Of a stretch of 64,000 nt of DNA, positions 49,320-63,045 are shown one piece after another. The notes beneath the pieces are model-generated. The model made no database searches. It saw nothing but the letters and a program-made list of their open reading frames with translations, and was not told the DNA's origin. Numbering within the stretch: position 1 is the first letter of the stretch; each line of letters opens with the position of its first letter. Made by a program: the position numbers and the translations under genes. This DNA is from Octopus sinensis (Eukaryota): positions 52,824,001 to 52,888,000 of the forward strand of contig NC_043005.1 in NCBI RefSeq assembly GCF_006345805.1. Direction: 5' to 3'.

Positions 49320-50060
49320 CATGTTAAATACAACAAGTGCTAGTGCTCTGTAAGATGCCCCGGTGTGGGTGCTATGTAAAATGCACTGTTGCTGGTGCTT
49401 TGTAAAATGTACTGGTGCTGTGTAACATGCACTGGTGTTGGTGCTGTGTAACATGCACTGGTGTTGGTGCTTTGTAAGATGCACTGACACTGGTGCTGCG
49501 TAAGATGCACGGGTGCTGGTGTTTTATAAAATGCACTGGTGCTGGTGCTATGTAAAATGCACTGGTGCTGTGTAAAATGCACTGGCACTGGTGCTGTGTA
49601 AAATGCACTGGCACTGGTGCTATGTAAAATGCACTGGTGCTGGTGCTATGTAAAATGCACTGGTGCTGGTGCTTTGTAAAACTGCACTGGTGCTGGTGCT
49701 ATGTAAAACCACACTGGCGCTTCCTATTTAAAATGTACAGGTGCTTCCTGTATAAAATGTACTGGTGCTTGTACTACATAAAATGTGCTGGTGCTATGTA
49801 AAATACACTAGTGCTGGTGCTATGTAAAATGCACTGGTGCTGGTGCTATGTAAAACCACACTGGCGCTTCCTATATAAAATGTACAGGTGCTTCCTGTAT
49901 AAAATGTACTGGTGCTTGTACTACATAAAATGTGCTGGTGCTATGTAAAATGCACTGGTTCTGGTGCTACGTAAAATGCACTGCTGCTCATGCAATGTAA
50001 AATGCACTGGTGGTAGTGTCATGTAAAATGCACCAGTGGTGACACCAGTTAAGAAGCACT
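49320..50060 (+). repeat. Minisatellite of ~20-26-bp units (ACTGGTGCTGGTGCTATGTAAAATGC) leading into a family C element (50060-50235)
   Basis: Repeated TGTAAAATGCACTGGTG units, with a 147-bp higher-order duplication (AAAACCACACTGGCGC at 49705 and 49852). Confidence 0.9.
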
Positions 50061-51544
50061 GGTACCATGTAAAATGCACCCAGTACACTCTGTAAAGTGG
50101 TTGCTACCAGGGAGGGCATCCAGCCATAGAAACCAGGCCAAAACAGACAATGGAGTCTGGTGTGGCTCTCTGGCCTTACTAGCTCCTGTGAAACTGTCCA
50201 ACCCATGTCTGCATGGAAAACTGATGATGATGATGTCTTATAGCTTTGAGATTTCAATGATGTGATTGTTTAGTTTTAGAAGAATATTGTAAGGTAATTC
50301 TAAGACGCCAAGTTTGGCCTGATGCTTTTTTTTTTATTTTTGCCATGAGAAACTTATTGGTAATGATTGTTGCTAACGAGCCTCAGGTCAGCCAGGATTG
50401 AGCTGACCTTCTAATTAAAGGTGTTCTGACAGTGACCGTCTGGTCTGTTTAATTTCTTCAGTCATTGTGTACCTAGAACTGGGTTATCAAATCGGACCTT
50501 CCCCCATTTTTAATAGGGTGAAGTGCAATTCAAGAGTAATGTTTCTGTTATGTCTAGCAAGTCAGGCAGCTATACTCCATCATGACACCACAAATATTTG
50601 ATGATTCCTCCGAAATATAAAAACAAATTTAATGTCAATTTTAAGTTCCAATAACGTATGCACTTTTAATATATTAAATATGAGTAAAAAAATGCTTGAG
50701 AGTGAAGCTATTATTTTCTTGAGAAGAAAAGTTTTTTAGTTGAAAAGTTGGAATTTTAAATTCACTGAAAAAGATAACTTAATCAATAACAGCACTTTAA
50801 ATTCATGATATTAGGTAAAAATACAGCAAATATGAAGTTTGATAATCTCAAGTTTGTGAGATCTTGGAGATTGATGTTTATTAGAAAATGGTTTTTGATT
50901 TCAGGCATTAACTTAGCTTCAGTTTAGTTTTTAAAGTTTTTTTACTTGTTTTTGTAATATCCAGTCATTTTATTTTCTGTAGTAAGAACACTAAAACGGC
51001 AATCATCATCATCATCAAAATTAAACGTCCGTTTTTCCATGCTGGCATAGGGTGGATGTTTTGACAGGAGCTGGTATGGTCAAGGGGTTGCACTAGGCTC
51101 CATTATCTGTTTTGGCATAGCTTCTATGACAGGATGTCCTTCCTAACACTAGCTACTTTATAGAGTGTACTGGGTGCTTTTTACATGGCACTGAGAATGG
51201 TAATGGAGGCTCTCTAACCAATATATTTGGATTTGTGTATTTAGTCTCAATTGTATCGCATCACCTCATCATGGTTCGTTTTTGAATATAATTTTATCAG
51301 ATTCCTCATTTTGTGTTGCATATAATTCTTCTTGGTTCTTCATACCCACTTCCTACAGGTCTGCAAGCTATGGCATGAGTTAATCCAGATGGCAATCTCG
51401 TTTCTTTCAAATCATAGAAATCTAATTGAAATTGCAGGCCAATGTTTTCAAATGCTTAAAACAGCGATAAAGCTAAACCTTATCAGTTAACTCAAATTTA
51501 TTTAACCAATATAACTGGGATATATATTTTCTGGCTTTTATCTT

Positions 51545-51930
51545 TTATTTCTTTCAGTCATTAGACTGTGGCCATGCTGGGGCACCACCTTCAGGAATTT
51601 TAGTTGAACTAATCAACCCCAATACTTATTTTCTTTTTCAACCTGGTACTTATTCTGTTGGTCACTTTTGTTGAACTGCTAAGTTACAAGGACGTAAACA
51701 CACCAACACTAGTTGTCAGGCGGTGGGTGTGCTTGGGGGGGGGGGGACAAACACATAAAGATACACAGACACAATGGGCTTCTTTCAGTTTCTGTCTAGC
51801 AAATCCGCTCACAAGGCTTTGGTCAGCCTGAGGCTATAGTAGAAGACACTTGCCCAAAGTGCCATGCAGTGGGAATGAACATGGAACCAAGTGGTTTGGG
51901 AAGCAAAGCTACTTACCATACAACTATGCT
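51545..51930 (-). mobile_element. SINE family A
   Basis: Reverse complement of the head, body and CCCCAGCATGGCCACAGTC tail. Confidence 0.8.
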
Positions 51931-52197
51931 GTGTTTACAGCTCCATTATTGAGGATCAACAAATATAGTACACCACCCAATGAAAGATAAATATCATTTA
52001 ATATACACAATTACAAAAGAGCTGCTAATAGCTTCATGAAGTTGGCCTGGCAGATTGCTTGGAAATACATAGCATCTTACATATATCTGCTATGGAACTA
52101 TTAGTAGCTCATTTGTAATTGTGTGTTTGTATATATATATATATATATATTTTAATTTAAAATTAAATAATAAGGGTAGAAATTGATATTAATCAAT

Positions 52198-52508
52198 TTA
52201 ACCCCTTACTCTGCAGAAACGAATATATGCGTTTTGACCGAAATCGTTTTTTTCTATCTCTGGCGAGTTAACTCGTCAAAAGATAGACTCGCCAAAATTG
52301 ACAGCAAACGAGTTCCTTCGTCTAAAACGGGTTAACTCGTTTCTGCCAAAAGCGGTAATTTAAAATCATTTATTGAATTAAAATTCATAACAAATAAGGT
52401 TTGAAATATACCTCGAAATCACCATTCAAAACAGTAAGATAAAACAATTAAAAAATATGTCTGAAAAAATACATTTATTTTCAAAATAATTGTTGGGTAA
52501 GGGGTTAA
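52198..52508. mobile_element. TTAA-type MITE, second family
   Basis: TTAA-CCCCTTAC ... GTAAGGGG-TTAA. Confidence 0.65.
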
Positions 52509-52556
52509 ACCAGTGACTTAACATATTTTAAAAAATCCAAAGATTAAAAATTGTGT

Positions 52557-52824
52557 TACATACAAAATTCAGAGGACTGACCACTAAAGTGGACAGCCTA
52601 TATGCTAAACATAGATGTCAAATTGTCAGTACCATGAAGAATGTGTTCTCAAGAAAAATCTCAGCAAAAAAAAAAACAAAATGTAAAAATCATTGCTTAT
52701 TTTTTTTACATTTGTTTTTTTTTGCTGAGATTTTCTTTGAGAACACATTCTTGTGGTAATGATGATTTGACTTCTATGTTTAGCATATAGGCTGTCCACT
52801 TAGTGGTCAGTCCTCTGAAGATTG

Positions 52825-52829
<5 letters not shown>
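52557..52829. repeat. Fold-back element (~130-bp imperfect arms) beside (TA)n
   Basis: CAGAGGACTGACCACT..TGTTCTCAAGAAAAATCTCAGCAAAA on the left, its reverse complement on the right. Confidence 0.85.
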
Positions 52830-52874
<45 letters not shown>

Positions 52875-52939
52875 AGCAAATTAGCCTGTTAGGAAATCTC
52901 TGTAAGAGATGGAAATAGTAACTATGCAGAGAAGTAATC

Positions 52940-53194
52940 TTCATCACCACATGAACATGGCTGTTCGATAGGAACTGACATTACTGCTGTTTTTAACCCC
53001 AGGAGGACACCTCTTCATGCTGGTTATTTGATTCAATCTGCACCTGGTGTATATTGCAAGCAGGCGAGCAAACCCTTGCAATATATATATCAGGTGCAGA
53101 TTGCATCGAGTAACCTGCTGGAGGAGGCATCCTCCTGGGGTTAAAAGATAGTAACATTGGTTCCTACCGAACAGCTATCTTCAAGTAGTGATAA
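52940..53194. repeat. Fold-back element (~120-bp imperfect arms)
   Basis: TTTTAACCCCAGGAGGA..AATCTGCACCTG..TATTGCAAG / CTTGCAATA..CAGGTGCAGATT..TCCTCCTGGGGTTAAAA. Confidence 0.85.
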
Positions 53195-55344
53195 ACATTA
53201 TTTATATAAACCCCACTTTCTGCTAACCAGAACTTATTTGCTGGTTCCAGCTAGTAAACTGTGGCCAAGCTAGATGTATGCCTATATCGTACATACATAT
53301 ATTGTGCATGCTTTAACAAAAATAAGAAAATTTCTACTTGATTTATTTATTAAATCTCAGGAATTCAGTAGCTTTCAACTATCAAAAGCTAGAATATGTG
53401 GCAGAAATGCTGTTTGCTATTATATTTCCAGAGGTATATAATAACATAAAAGAAACAAATTTAGATGAAGTAGCACTGCTTCTTCTTTTTCTCCTTCTCT
53501 CTCTCTCTCTCTCTCTCTCTCTTTTCCCCCTCAGCAAAGTGTCAGTCAGTCTTCCTCAGAGTATACTTCATTATGATTGTGTTAAGTTAGAAATATAACG
53601 TTAGCCTCGATGTAACCTCAGTTGATAGACTCTTTCATTGAAATACTATCGTTGAGAATCTATTTGGACCATTGAATTAAAGAATGACAACAGACCTTGT
53701 TAAATGGATTGATTTTTACCACAGGCTAAATTGATTGACTTCACCATTCTTTTCTGAAAGTCTTATAAAATTTCTTCAGTAAGTAGCCATGCATAAATCA
53801 AAGAAAAATTGTCGCCATCAGTAAGGTTTCTTCTGCAGGCCATATGTACGCCTCTTGACCTTTTTTTTTTATATGTATAAATATGTGGGTGTGTATATGT
53901 GTTTTGCCCATGGCGGCAGTTTTTGTAACAATGTCAAGTTTTGTTAATAGTGTGGAGGCCGACAAGTCAACATATGTATTGTGAGTTTTTCATTAAATGA
54001 TTCAGATGTTACAATGATATAGAGTGGCTAAGTTGTCCTCAGTTGTTGGTTTGAAAGTTGTTAGTCACAGCTCAGTGCTGTTGTTGTGCTTTTGCACCTA
54101 CTTGAAGACCTAGGCCCAACCTTTACCATTTTTCTCACTTGAGTGCCAGCATAAGTATAACAAGAAATACATTTTGAGAATGGTAGTTGTGGAAAATCTA
54201 ATCTGTTCATTAACAAACGAATTAATTAGAAAGACCAATGTACAGCTGGTTATTATTGTGCAGTGTATATTTTGTTTGTCTACATTGGACATGAGCAACA
54301 ATTTTTGAGGAGTGGGCCACCTTTGACATACTTCATCATCAAGTGGGTTGCAGCACTAAAAAAAATTAAAGGAAATTTTTTACTAGGTGTACAATAAATC
54401 TCCAGCACCATCTGTTTACCTGCGTTAGTAGAGAGATGACTTAAATATCTTAAATGTTATTAGTCAATGTTGCATTTCATCCTTCTGGTGTAGCTACAGC
54501 TGAATATCCATCAAACCTAGAGCACAACATCCCTCAAGTGGCTTGTGCCAGTAGGAAGGAACCAGTACTTAGCTATGAAGAGGTAATGGTGGGGTTATCC
54601 ATAATCTTTGCAGGCCCTCTAAGATATCATCAACCAGATGAACTGAGAATGGAGAATTAAATCTTAGACTGCCCTAGTATCAATAAACCACTTAGTAAAA
54701 CATATCAGTAGAGCCTGTTAACATTCAGAAGAGTCTATATAGGTACCAGTTATATCAGTTGGTCTGTTCAATAAACTGTACATGCATCACAACTTATAGG
54801 GATTCAGTGGGTGAGTTTCATGCATTGGTGCTTTTCTTAGCCCTCAAGTTAGTGTGACTTCTGGTTATTAATAATGTGTGTGTTTTGAGTTCTGTTTTCC
54901 TATTTGCATCACCAAACTTATTTACAATAATAGTAATAAGAATAGTGGAGGCACATGGTGTTGGACTCATGATCGTAAGATTGTGGTTTCGATTCCTGGA
55001 CCAGGTGACATGTTGTTCTCTTGAGCAAAATACTTCATTTCATGTTGCACCTGTCCATTCAGCTGGCAAAGCTATACGCCATGAAACCAGGAAACCGCCC
55101 CTTATGAGTTAGTATGATTCAAGAAAGTAACTTTAATAATGATCCTTTCTACTAAAGGCACAAGGCCTGCAATCAATGACCCCACTGCTCAACTGATACT
55201 TACTTTATTAACTCTGAAGCATGAAAAGCAAAATCGACTTTGGCAGAGTCTAAACCCAGAGCATAAAGGCAGGCAAAAAGAGCTAAATGTTTTGCCCAGC
55301 ATAATAATGATTCTGCCAAATCACCTCCTGAATAGTTTTAATAA

Positions 55345-55745
55345 TGATAATAATGGTTTCAAATTTTTGCCACAAGGGCAGCTTGATGGAGGTGGGGATG
55401 AGTTGATCCTCCCCCCCAGTGTCCAACTGGTAACTTATTTTATTGTCCCCCCCAAGAGGATGAAGAACAAAGTTGACCTCGGTAGAACCTGAAATACTGC
55501 TAAGCATTTTGTCCAGCGTACTAAGCATTTCTGCCAGCTCACTGCCTAATAATAATGATAATAATAATGGTTTCTAATTTTGGGGAAGCCCCCCAATCCT
55601 TCCCAAGTACTCAACTGCTACTTATTTATCAACCTCGAAAGGATGAAGGACAAAATCAGCCTCAACTGAATTTGAACTCAGAACATTAAGCCAGATGAAA
55701 TGCCACTAAGCATTTTCCCCAGTGTGCTAACAATTCTGCTAGCTA
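55345..55745 (-). mobile_element. Two tandem SINE family B copies
   Basis: Two reverse-complement family B bodies separated by AAT-rich linkers. Confidence 0.65.
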
Positions 55746-56343
55746 TAAACATAAATGCATACATTCAGACACACTTTGACCTGCTATATATCAGTTTGTC
55801 CATAAGACTGGGTGAAAATGTTCATAATTGTATCAGTAGTCTAATAAGGTTTAATGAGTCGAAGGTTTTTAATATTTATATAGTCTTCCATTTATACAGT
55901 CATATATATATATATTATATATATATATATATATACACATACACACACACAGGCATACATGCACACATGAATAGTGCCCATGAGACATTCAGCATGCATT
56001 CTCTGCAATATTAACTAATGCACTAATAGGTGCATAACTGTGAATTTGCTGTAGCCTGCAAGCAGCATAGGAATATATGAATATGTTAACTATAGAATTC
56101 ATTTTCTTTATTATTATTATTATTATTATTTTATTCAGTTTTTTTGTTCACCCTACATACAAAGGTGAAAAATTTTCCCTTGCTCAAATTATTTATTCCT
56201 AGGCAGATGTTCTCCTCCCCTTCTTTCGTATGAGAAACATTGCGAACCTGTGTATTGTTGACTTAACCTCTGCAGAAATCGCAGACATCATTAAATTGGA
56301 ATCCCTCGGGATAGCTCTTGGCAACAAGCACATCCTTATACGC

Positions 56344-56379
<36 letters not shown>

Positions 56380-56759
56380 TTGTATGCATATATGTGGGAG
56401 TGAGTTTGTTCACACCTTTTCATTTTATTTCAAACTGTCCCTCAAAATTCCGCATCTTCAACATATGCTAATATCAGTAAATTTGTGTGCGAAGAGTATT
56501 GGTATGTTTGTGAGACTTCCATTTGTTTTTTATTGTACTTTTGTTACTACCTGGTTAATGTGTCCTTCACACACACACGCACTCATGTAATATGTGTGTG
56601 CATCAGTGTATATTTATGTGTGTATGTATGTATGTGTATATATCTAATGCAGACACACACACACACACACACACACACATATCGAAATTGAGAGGAAGGT
56701 TGTTCCCAAACTTAAAGGCAATTGGCTGTATCTAAAATTGAGGTATCTTGGCCAATCTG

Positions 56760-56799
<40 letters not shown>

Positions 56800-56801
56800 G
56801 T

Positions 56802-57090
56802 GAAGGCACATGGCACAGTGGTTAGAGCATATAGCTTATGATTGTGAGGTTTGTGAGTTTGAATCCCAGACCTGGCTGCGTGTTGTGTTCTCCAGTTAGC
56901 TGTAGAAATGAGTTGCGACATCACAGCTGCCAAGCTATCGGGTCTTTGCCTTTCCCTTGGCTAACACTGGTGGCGTGGAGAAGGGTGGCTGGTATGCATG
57001 GGTGACTACTGGTCTTCCATAAACAACCTTGCCTGGGAGGGTTATTTTCTAGGTGCTATCCCATGGTCATTCATGACTGAAGGGGGTCTC
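56802..57090 (+). mobile_element. tRNA-headed SINE family D
   Basis: GAAGGCACATGGCACAGTGGTTAGAGC...GAGTTTGAATCCC (A/B-box-like), ending GACTGAAGGGGGTC. Confidence 0.8.
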
Positions 57091-57119
57091 ACCATCATAT
57101 ATACTTATATGTATGTGTG

Positions 57120-57152
<33 letters not shown>

Positions 57153-57367
57153 ATGTGTGTGCATATATACATACACCTGTAAATATCAATAGTATATGTT
57201 CATACTTTAGCTACATGTGCATATGAGTGATTTACCATTGGGCTTCAGATAGAGAATAAAAATAACCGCATCCACCAGCTGTGTTTATGTTTGCACTTAT
57301 GTGTGTAATATGTATGTGTTTATCCTATTTGTTTTGTCATGCATCATTTGTGAAATTCTGGTGGCGG

Positions 57368-57599
57368 TTAACCTTTTAACATTCAAACTGGCCTTAACAA
57401 CTTGCGCCAATATACTACTTGTTTTATGTTAGGACTGACCAGATCCGACCTCAGACAACTCTAGTTTACTGTGTCATTCTAAATATAAACAGTCACATCA
57501 TCAAAATCTTGAACCTACAAGATAATGAATGATTAATTCAAAACAATACGAATAAATAAGCATTACATTTGATGAGTAATCTGAATGCTAAAGGGTTAA
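57368..57599. mobile_element. TTAA-type MITE (reverse orientation)
   Basis: TTAACCTTTTAACATT ... AATGCTAAAGGG-TTAA. Confidence 0.75.
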
Positions 57600-57987
57600 A
57601 AATGTGAAGAATTTGTTTGAATTGGATGGCTCATAAGCCACAGAATGCTGGAACCAAAAGTGACAGCCTGCTCATATTTAGCCATTATTCTTTCAGCATG
57701 GTAAGCTACATATACAGATTGCTTGCTATGATCAAGTTTTCTGTTGGCAGAATTTATGGTCTTGTGGTATTTATTCTGGCTCCTTACATCTGATGCTCCT
57801 CCTGTCACTATCCCTCGCCTGGTTCCTATGGCCGGATGTAGTTTTTTCACAGAATACTGAAAACAAACATCACCTCTTTAATGGTGATGCTCATTTAGAG
57901 TCATTGTGTGATAATAAGACTAGGGTACACACATGCACATACATGTGTACACACATGCACATACATGTGTACACACATTTATATTTG

Positions 57988-58540
57988 TGGCTGTGTGGTA
58001 AGAAGTTTTCTTCTCAGTACATGGTTCTGGGTTCGGTTCCACTGCATGGTACTTTGGGTAAGTGTCTTCTACTGTAACCTTGTACCAACCAAAACCTTGT
58101 GAGTGGATTTTGTAGACAAAAACTGAAAGAAGCCCCTTAAATAAATGTGTGTGCATGTGTGTGTGCTACCACTGTTTGACATCTGGTGTTGGTGTGTTCA
58201 GTACTCATAACTTAGTGGTTTGTCAAGAGACTGATAGAATAACTATTGGGCTTTAAAAAAGAGAATGTGAAGTAGTGAATTTTATTTGTTTGATTAAGAT
58301 TTCTTCATATCCCCTCTCCACGCCACCAGTGTCATCCAAGGGAAAGACAAAGGTCGATACAGCTTTGGGCACCTGTGACGTTGCAACTCATTTCTCCTCG
58401 TCTACAGCTGAGTGAACTGGAGCAACGTGAAATAAAGTGCCTTGCTCAAGAACACAAACACAGCCCGGCCCTCCGAGATTCGAGCTCACAACCTCACGAT
58501 CGTAAGCTCGACGCTCTAACCACTGAGCCATGCGCCTTCA
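57988..58540. mobile_element. SINE A (+, 57988-58255) and SINE D (-, 58305-58540)
   Basis: Family-diagnostic motifs. Confidence 0.75.
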
Positions 58541-58821
58541 TATTATATATATATATAAAAAATGAAGGAAATAGATAAAATTGACTGACAAGTTTGTCAT
58601 TTAAAGACATTCAAATTCATAGAAAAATTCCTGACGACATGGTGCTTCTTTGCTTAATGTGCTAACAGAACTTCACGGTGATGTGTAAAATACTCGCTTC
58701 TGATTGGTTAAAGTTCTCATATTCTCATTGATAAAGTTTTTGAAATACCTATACATTTCAGTGACAAACTTGGTTTTCACTGAACTCTGGTATAAACTGG
58801 ACTAGGATGCTCGTATCCCTT

Positions 58822-59540
58822 CATGGAATTTAGTTCCCAACCACATTGTTCTGGGTTTAGTCCCACTGCATAACACCTTGGGTTTGTGTTTTCTACTATA
58901 GCCTCGGGCTGACTAAAGCCATGTGAGGGGATATGGTAGATGGAAACTGAAAGAAGCCTGTCGTATATGTGTGTGTATATGTTTATGTCTGTGTTTGTCC
59001 CCCTACCATCGCTTGACAACCAATGTAGGTGTGTTTACATCCCTGTAACTTAGTGGTTCGGCAAAAGAGACCAATAGAATAAGTATTAGGCTTCCATGGA
59101 ATAAGTCCTGGAGTCGATTTTTTCAACAAAAAGGCAGTGCTCCAGCATGGCCGCAGTCAGGATGAATGAAGCAAAACCAACCACATGGTTCTGGGTTCAA
59201 TCCCACTGCGTGGCATCTTGGGTAAGTGTCTTCTGCTATAGCCCCGGGCCGACCAATGTCTTGTGAGTGGATTTGGTAGACAGAAACTGAAAGAAGCCTG
59301 TCGTATATATGTATATATATATATATGTGTGTGTGTCTGTGTTTGTCCCGCTAGCATTGCTTGACAACCGATGCTGGTGTGTGTTTATGTCCCCGTAACT
59401 TAGCGGTTCGGCAAAAGAGACCGATAGAATAAGTACTGGGCTTACAAAGAATAAGTCCCGGGGTCGATTTGCTCGACTAAAAGGCAGTGCTCCAGCATGG
59501 CCGCAGTCAAATGACTGAAACAAGTAAAAGAGTAAAGAGT
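58822..59540 (+). mobile_element. Two tandem SINE family A copies (58822-59165, 59175-59540)
   Basis: Two consecutive bodies, each ending CCAGCATGGCCGCAGTC. The second is close to the best-preserved copies. Confidence 0.85.
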
Positions 59541-62500
59541 ATATATATGCATATATATATTATGGGTTCGTTTCAGTTTCCGACTACTGGCTCTACTCAC
59601 AAGACTTTGCTGTAGTTAGTGACTCTTGCCCCAGATACTTTGCTTTGGGACTGAAACCAAAGACCTCGTGGCTGCGGAAACGATTTTCTCAGCCACACAT
59701 ACACGCATGAAAAATGTACAATCATAGAAAGTCCTGACATGTACAAATATGTGGATTTTAGCTTTATCTTTTCCATTCACTTTTCTCATACATGGTTGCA
59801 TCTACCTGTATTTTCACTCCAACACATTTGCAACAAGCCAAATTGTTTATTACAAAAATATTCTTTTGTTTTTACTTATCACATAAATTGTTAGTATTGT
59901 AGATCTTGAAAAATTCTCACATGTCAAATTTGTTTCCATTTCTGACAGACAATCTATTAGCTGTCCTTTTTCTTTCTTTTTTTTTTTTTTTTACTTTCTT
60001 TCTTGTTTGATTTTATTTTTGTATATTTTTCTCTTTAGTTTTTTTTTTGTTTTTTTCTTTTCTTTCTTTTTTTATCACATCTGCTTTTCTAATATAAACT
60101 TAAGAATTGATTGTCGAATTTTCCTCTGATACATACAAATCTCTTGATTTCCTTTTTCTCAATCACTTGTTTTCATGATTTCGAAAAGAAAAACAAAATT
60201 ATAAAAAAAAGTAAAGGAAAACGAAAAATACTCTTCAAAAAAAAAAAAAAAAAAGCAAAGCAAAAAAGAAATTAAAATAATTGGAAAGTAAAATAGTTTG
60301 TTGAGAAAAATATTTGGATATTTGGTAGCAGTCTTTTCGGTTTGTCAGTTATTTATATCTTCGCCCATTTTCATTTATAAATTTGTTTTCGAAATGCATT
60401 TGAATTGCGAGTCGTTGTCTATCTAAAAAGCGTGATATTTTTATTTACACTTGAATGAGGAAAACCATTAGTGGCTTGCATTAATGTATGTATGCACACA
60501 AACACACACATATTTATATATATATATGTTTTATACTTCTCTCATCTTCCATATGCTTGTTATTAATTTTGTCATGCTAAGGGTTGATATCTAACAGATA
60601 ATAATCTGTAATGCTTTTTCTCTCTTTCTCTGTCTGTCTTGTCTGTCTCTCTCTGAATGTGATGGATATTTGGTTTTGTTCACTTTTTATAGGTTTTTTT
60701 CCTTTTAATATGTTTTTTCTTTTTTTTTTTTCATCTTTGCACCAGCTCAAATATGATGTCTGTATATTTTTGCATGATAAGTTTAAAGGCATATATGTAT
60801 GCAACATTGTGTTATTCACCTTCTAATTGCATCTTCATCAAAATTTTATCTACTTCAACTTTTTAAAAAGAAAAAAGGGAACAAAAAAAAAAACCCCAAA
60901 ACAAACCTAGTATATAAATAATACACCAATGATAATGATTTATAAGTTTTATATTTATTTATTGTTCTTGTTGCATCAAGTTATTTATTGTATTTAAATA
61001 ATTGAAAATAGTTTCTATGCTGAAGAAAGAAGTGCAAAATCAAAACTTTGGATGAGTGTATGTATGTGTATTCTATATTCAAGAAGCCATTAACAAATGA
61101 AAAGTTGAGGTTCAAATTATGGATTAAAATATTTGTTCTTATGTATGGATGTTTCAGAATATGTAAAATGGTTAACAAAATGCTCTATGGTAGGCATTTG
61201 TGTCCTTTTATGTTTTGTGTTCAAATTCTGCTGTTGTCAGCTCAGCTCAGCTTTGCTTTTGTCCTTCTTAGATAAAATAAGTAGCAATTAACACACCGGA
61301 ATCAATATAATCAAATGAAACCCTCCTCTTCGGCAAAACGTTTGGGTGTTGTTGTTGTTATGGGGTGGTGGGGTGTTACTGAGATAAGTATTATTGCTGA
61401 GTAAGAAAAAAAGAAGACAAAAATAATGTGCGAAATGTTTCCGAAATGGGAAGGTTGTAAACACAACTTTTATAAGTTGATAGCTTAATAAAGATTTTTG
61501 TTGTAGTTGTTGTTGTTGTTGTCGCATAGCCATAGGGCCAGCTCTGCTTAAGCTGCATACCTATGGCTTGGTTGCCATTTCTAATTGTAGCTCTCGTCTT
61601 TACCGTGAGCTTGTTTTTGTTACGATTTAGGACTTAATCATGCACTCCCCAATATTAACGGCAGCAGGGAATTTGTTGAAAGAGATTTTGACTGCCCCAT
61701 TGAGCAAAGCCAAGTGATTAATATCTAAGCATCCTTTTTATTTTATTATTATTTTTTTTTTTTTGTTGGTTAGTATGTCTGTTATGCTTCTGTATCTTGC
61801 AGGTAAAAATTACAGATTCCCTGGTAGAAGACTACGTTACTTCCCCCCATCCACCCACAAGTCTGAATACTGTGATGCCAAATTCAGTAGTTAAGCTAAT
61901 TTTCACCTACTGTTAACACTGCCACGAGCAAAGCTGGAATAAATGAATATTTGGTTTGACATTCTTGCCAAGCAAAACATTACCACTTTAAAATTCTCCA
62001 TTCATTAGCCAGACAAAAAAAAAATGTTTGTTTTTCTTAAGAGTTAAATACAATTATTTAATAGCTTTGCATAGTTGAAGGTCAGTCGGTGTTTACCCTA
62101 ATGTAAAATGGTTTTATCTTGTCACACGAGGTCATTAATATTTATGCTAGCAGTGAGAGCCTTTATGTAACATATAAAGTTCACCTTTTGCCAACTTTAA
62201 AGAAAAGTCTGGTAGAATTTGAATAGAAACTTTGATCAAGGAGCAAACATCTGAAAATACATTTAGTCTCTTACTCATCCTTCTTCTCTCAGCTGAATCT
62301 ATGTGGTCTATATCCATCATGTCTTGTATCTTTTAGCTGCTGGGTGTCTTTACTATACAGCTTCCTGCTGCTTTTATGTCTTCGTTTTCTAAGATCTTAT
62401 ATCCTCAGGCTTGTTACTGTGGCCTAAACCTCGTTAAGTTGGTTTGTCATGGTAATTAAGAATTGCCAACTAAAACTCACTTCAGTGTTATAGCTGTGTT

Positions 62501-63045
62501 GCTATTATAGGTAATCTTAAGATTTTAGAAATGAACTTTTGTTTTATTTTGAGAAGTTCTTTAACATTGACTACAGATATTGTAAAAATTATTTTCCATA
62601 TTGTAAAGTAATATTCTTATATACCACAGTCAAAGAAAGAAATTTAATCCAGTAATTCTCCAATATTGTGAATGACTTTGCTTTATGCTGTATGTATATC
62701 TTCTATGTCTGCCTGACTGACTAACTCTGTGTGTGTGTTTCTTTCTCTTTGAAATGTCTTCATTTGGTTTGCGAGTCTTATTTTGTGAGCTCATATAAGT
62801 ACTAGTTGATGACTGGGGTCAATGTAATCGACTCGCCTCCACCTCAAAATTGCTGGACTTTATTAAAATATTTAAAAACGTTATTATTATTGTTATCAAA
62901 TAATATAGTCTCACTTGAATGTAGATCCAAATACTCCTTGTTATATTGCGATAAAAGATATATCTTACAAGTTTCAAGGGTAACTTGAAATATATGAGGC
63001 TTGACTGAGATGGGGTTTTTTTTGATATCCATTTTGATATCCATT

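Noticed and set aside
49320-50060. CRISPR-like regular repeats
   Set aside because: The units are contiguous and degenerate, with no unique spacers and no cas genes, in a eukaryotic context.
53725-53778. AG...GTAAGT-bounded segment
   Set aside because: It has stop codons in all three frames.
53950-54400. Possible very old mariner remnant on the minus strand (LHNNN resembling LHHDN)
   Set aside because: Too degenerate to support without an alignment.
56802-56880. tRNA-like sequences (also at 1104, 5085-5156, 22245, 58470-58540)
   Set aside because: They have A/B-box-like motifs but continue into SINE bodies, and I could not fold a complete cloverleaf. They are SINE heads, not tRNA genes.
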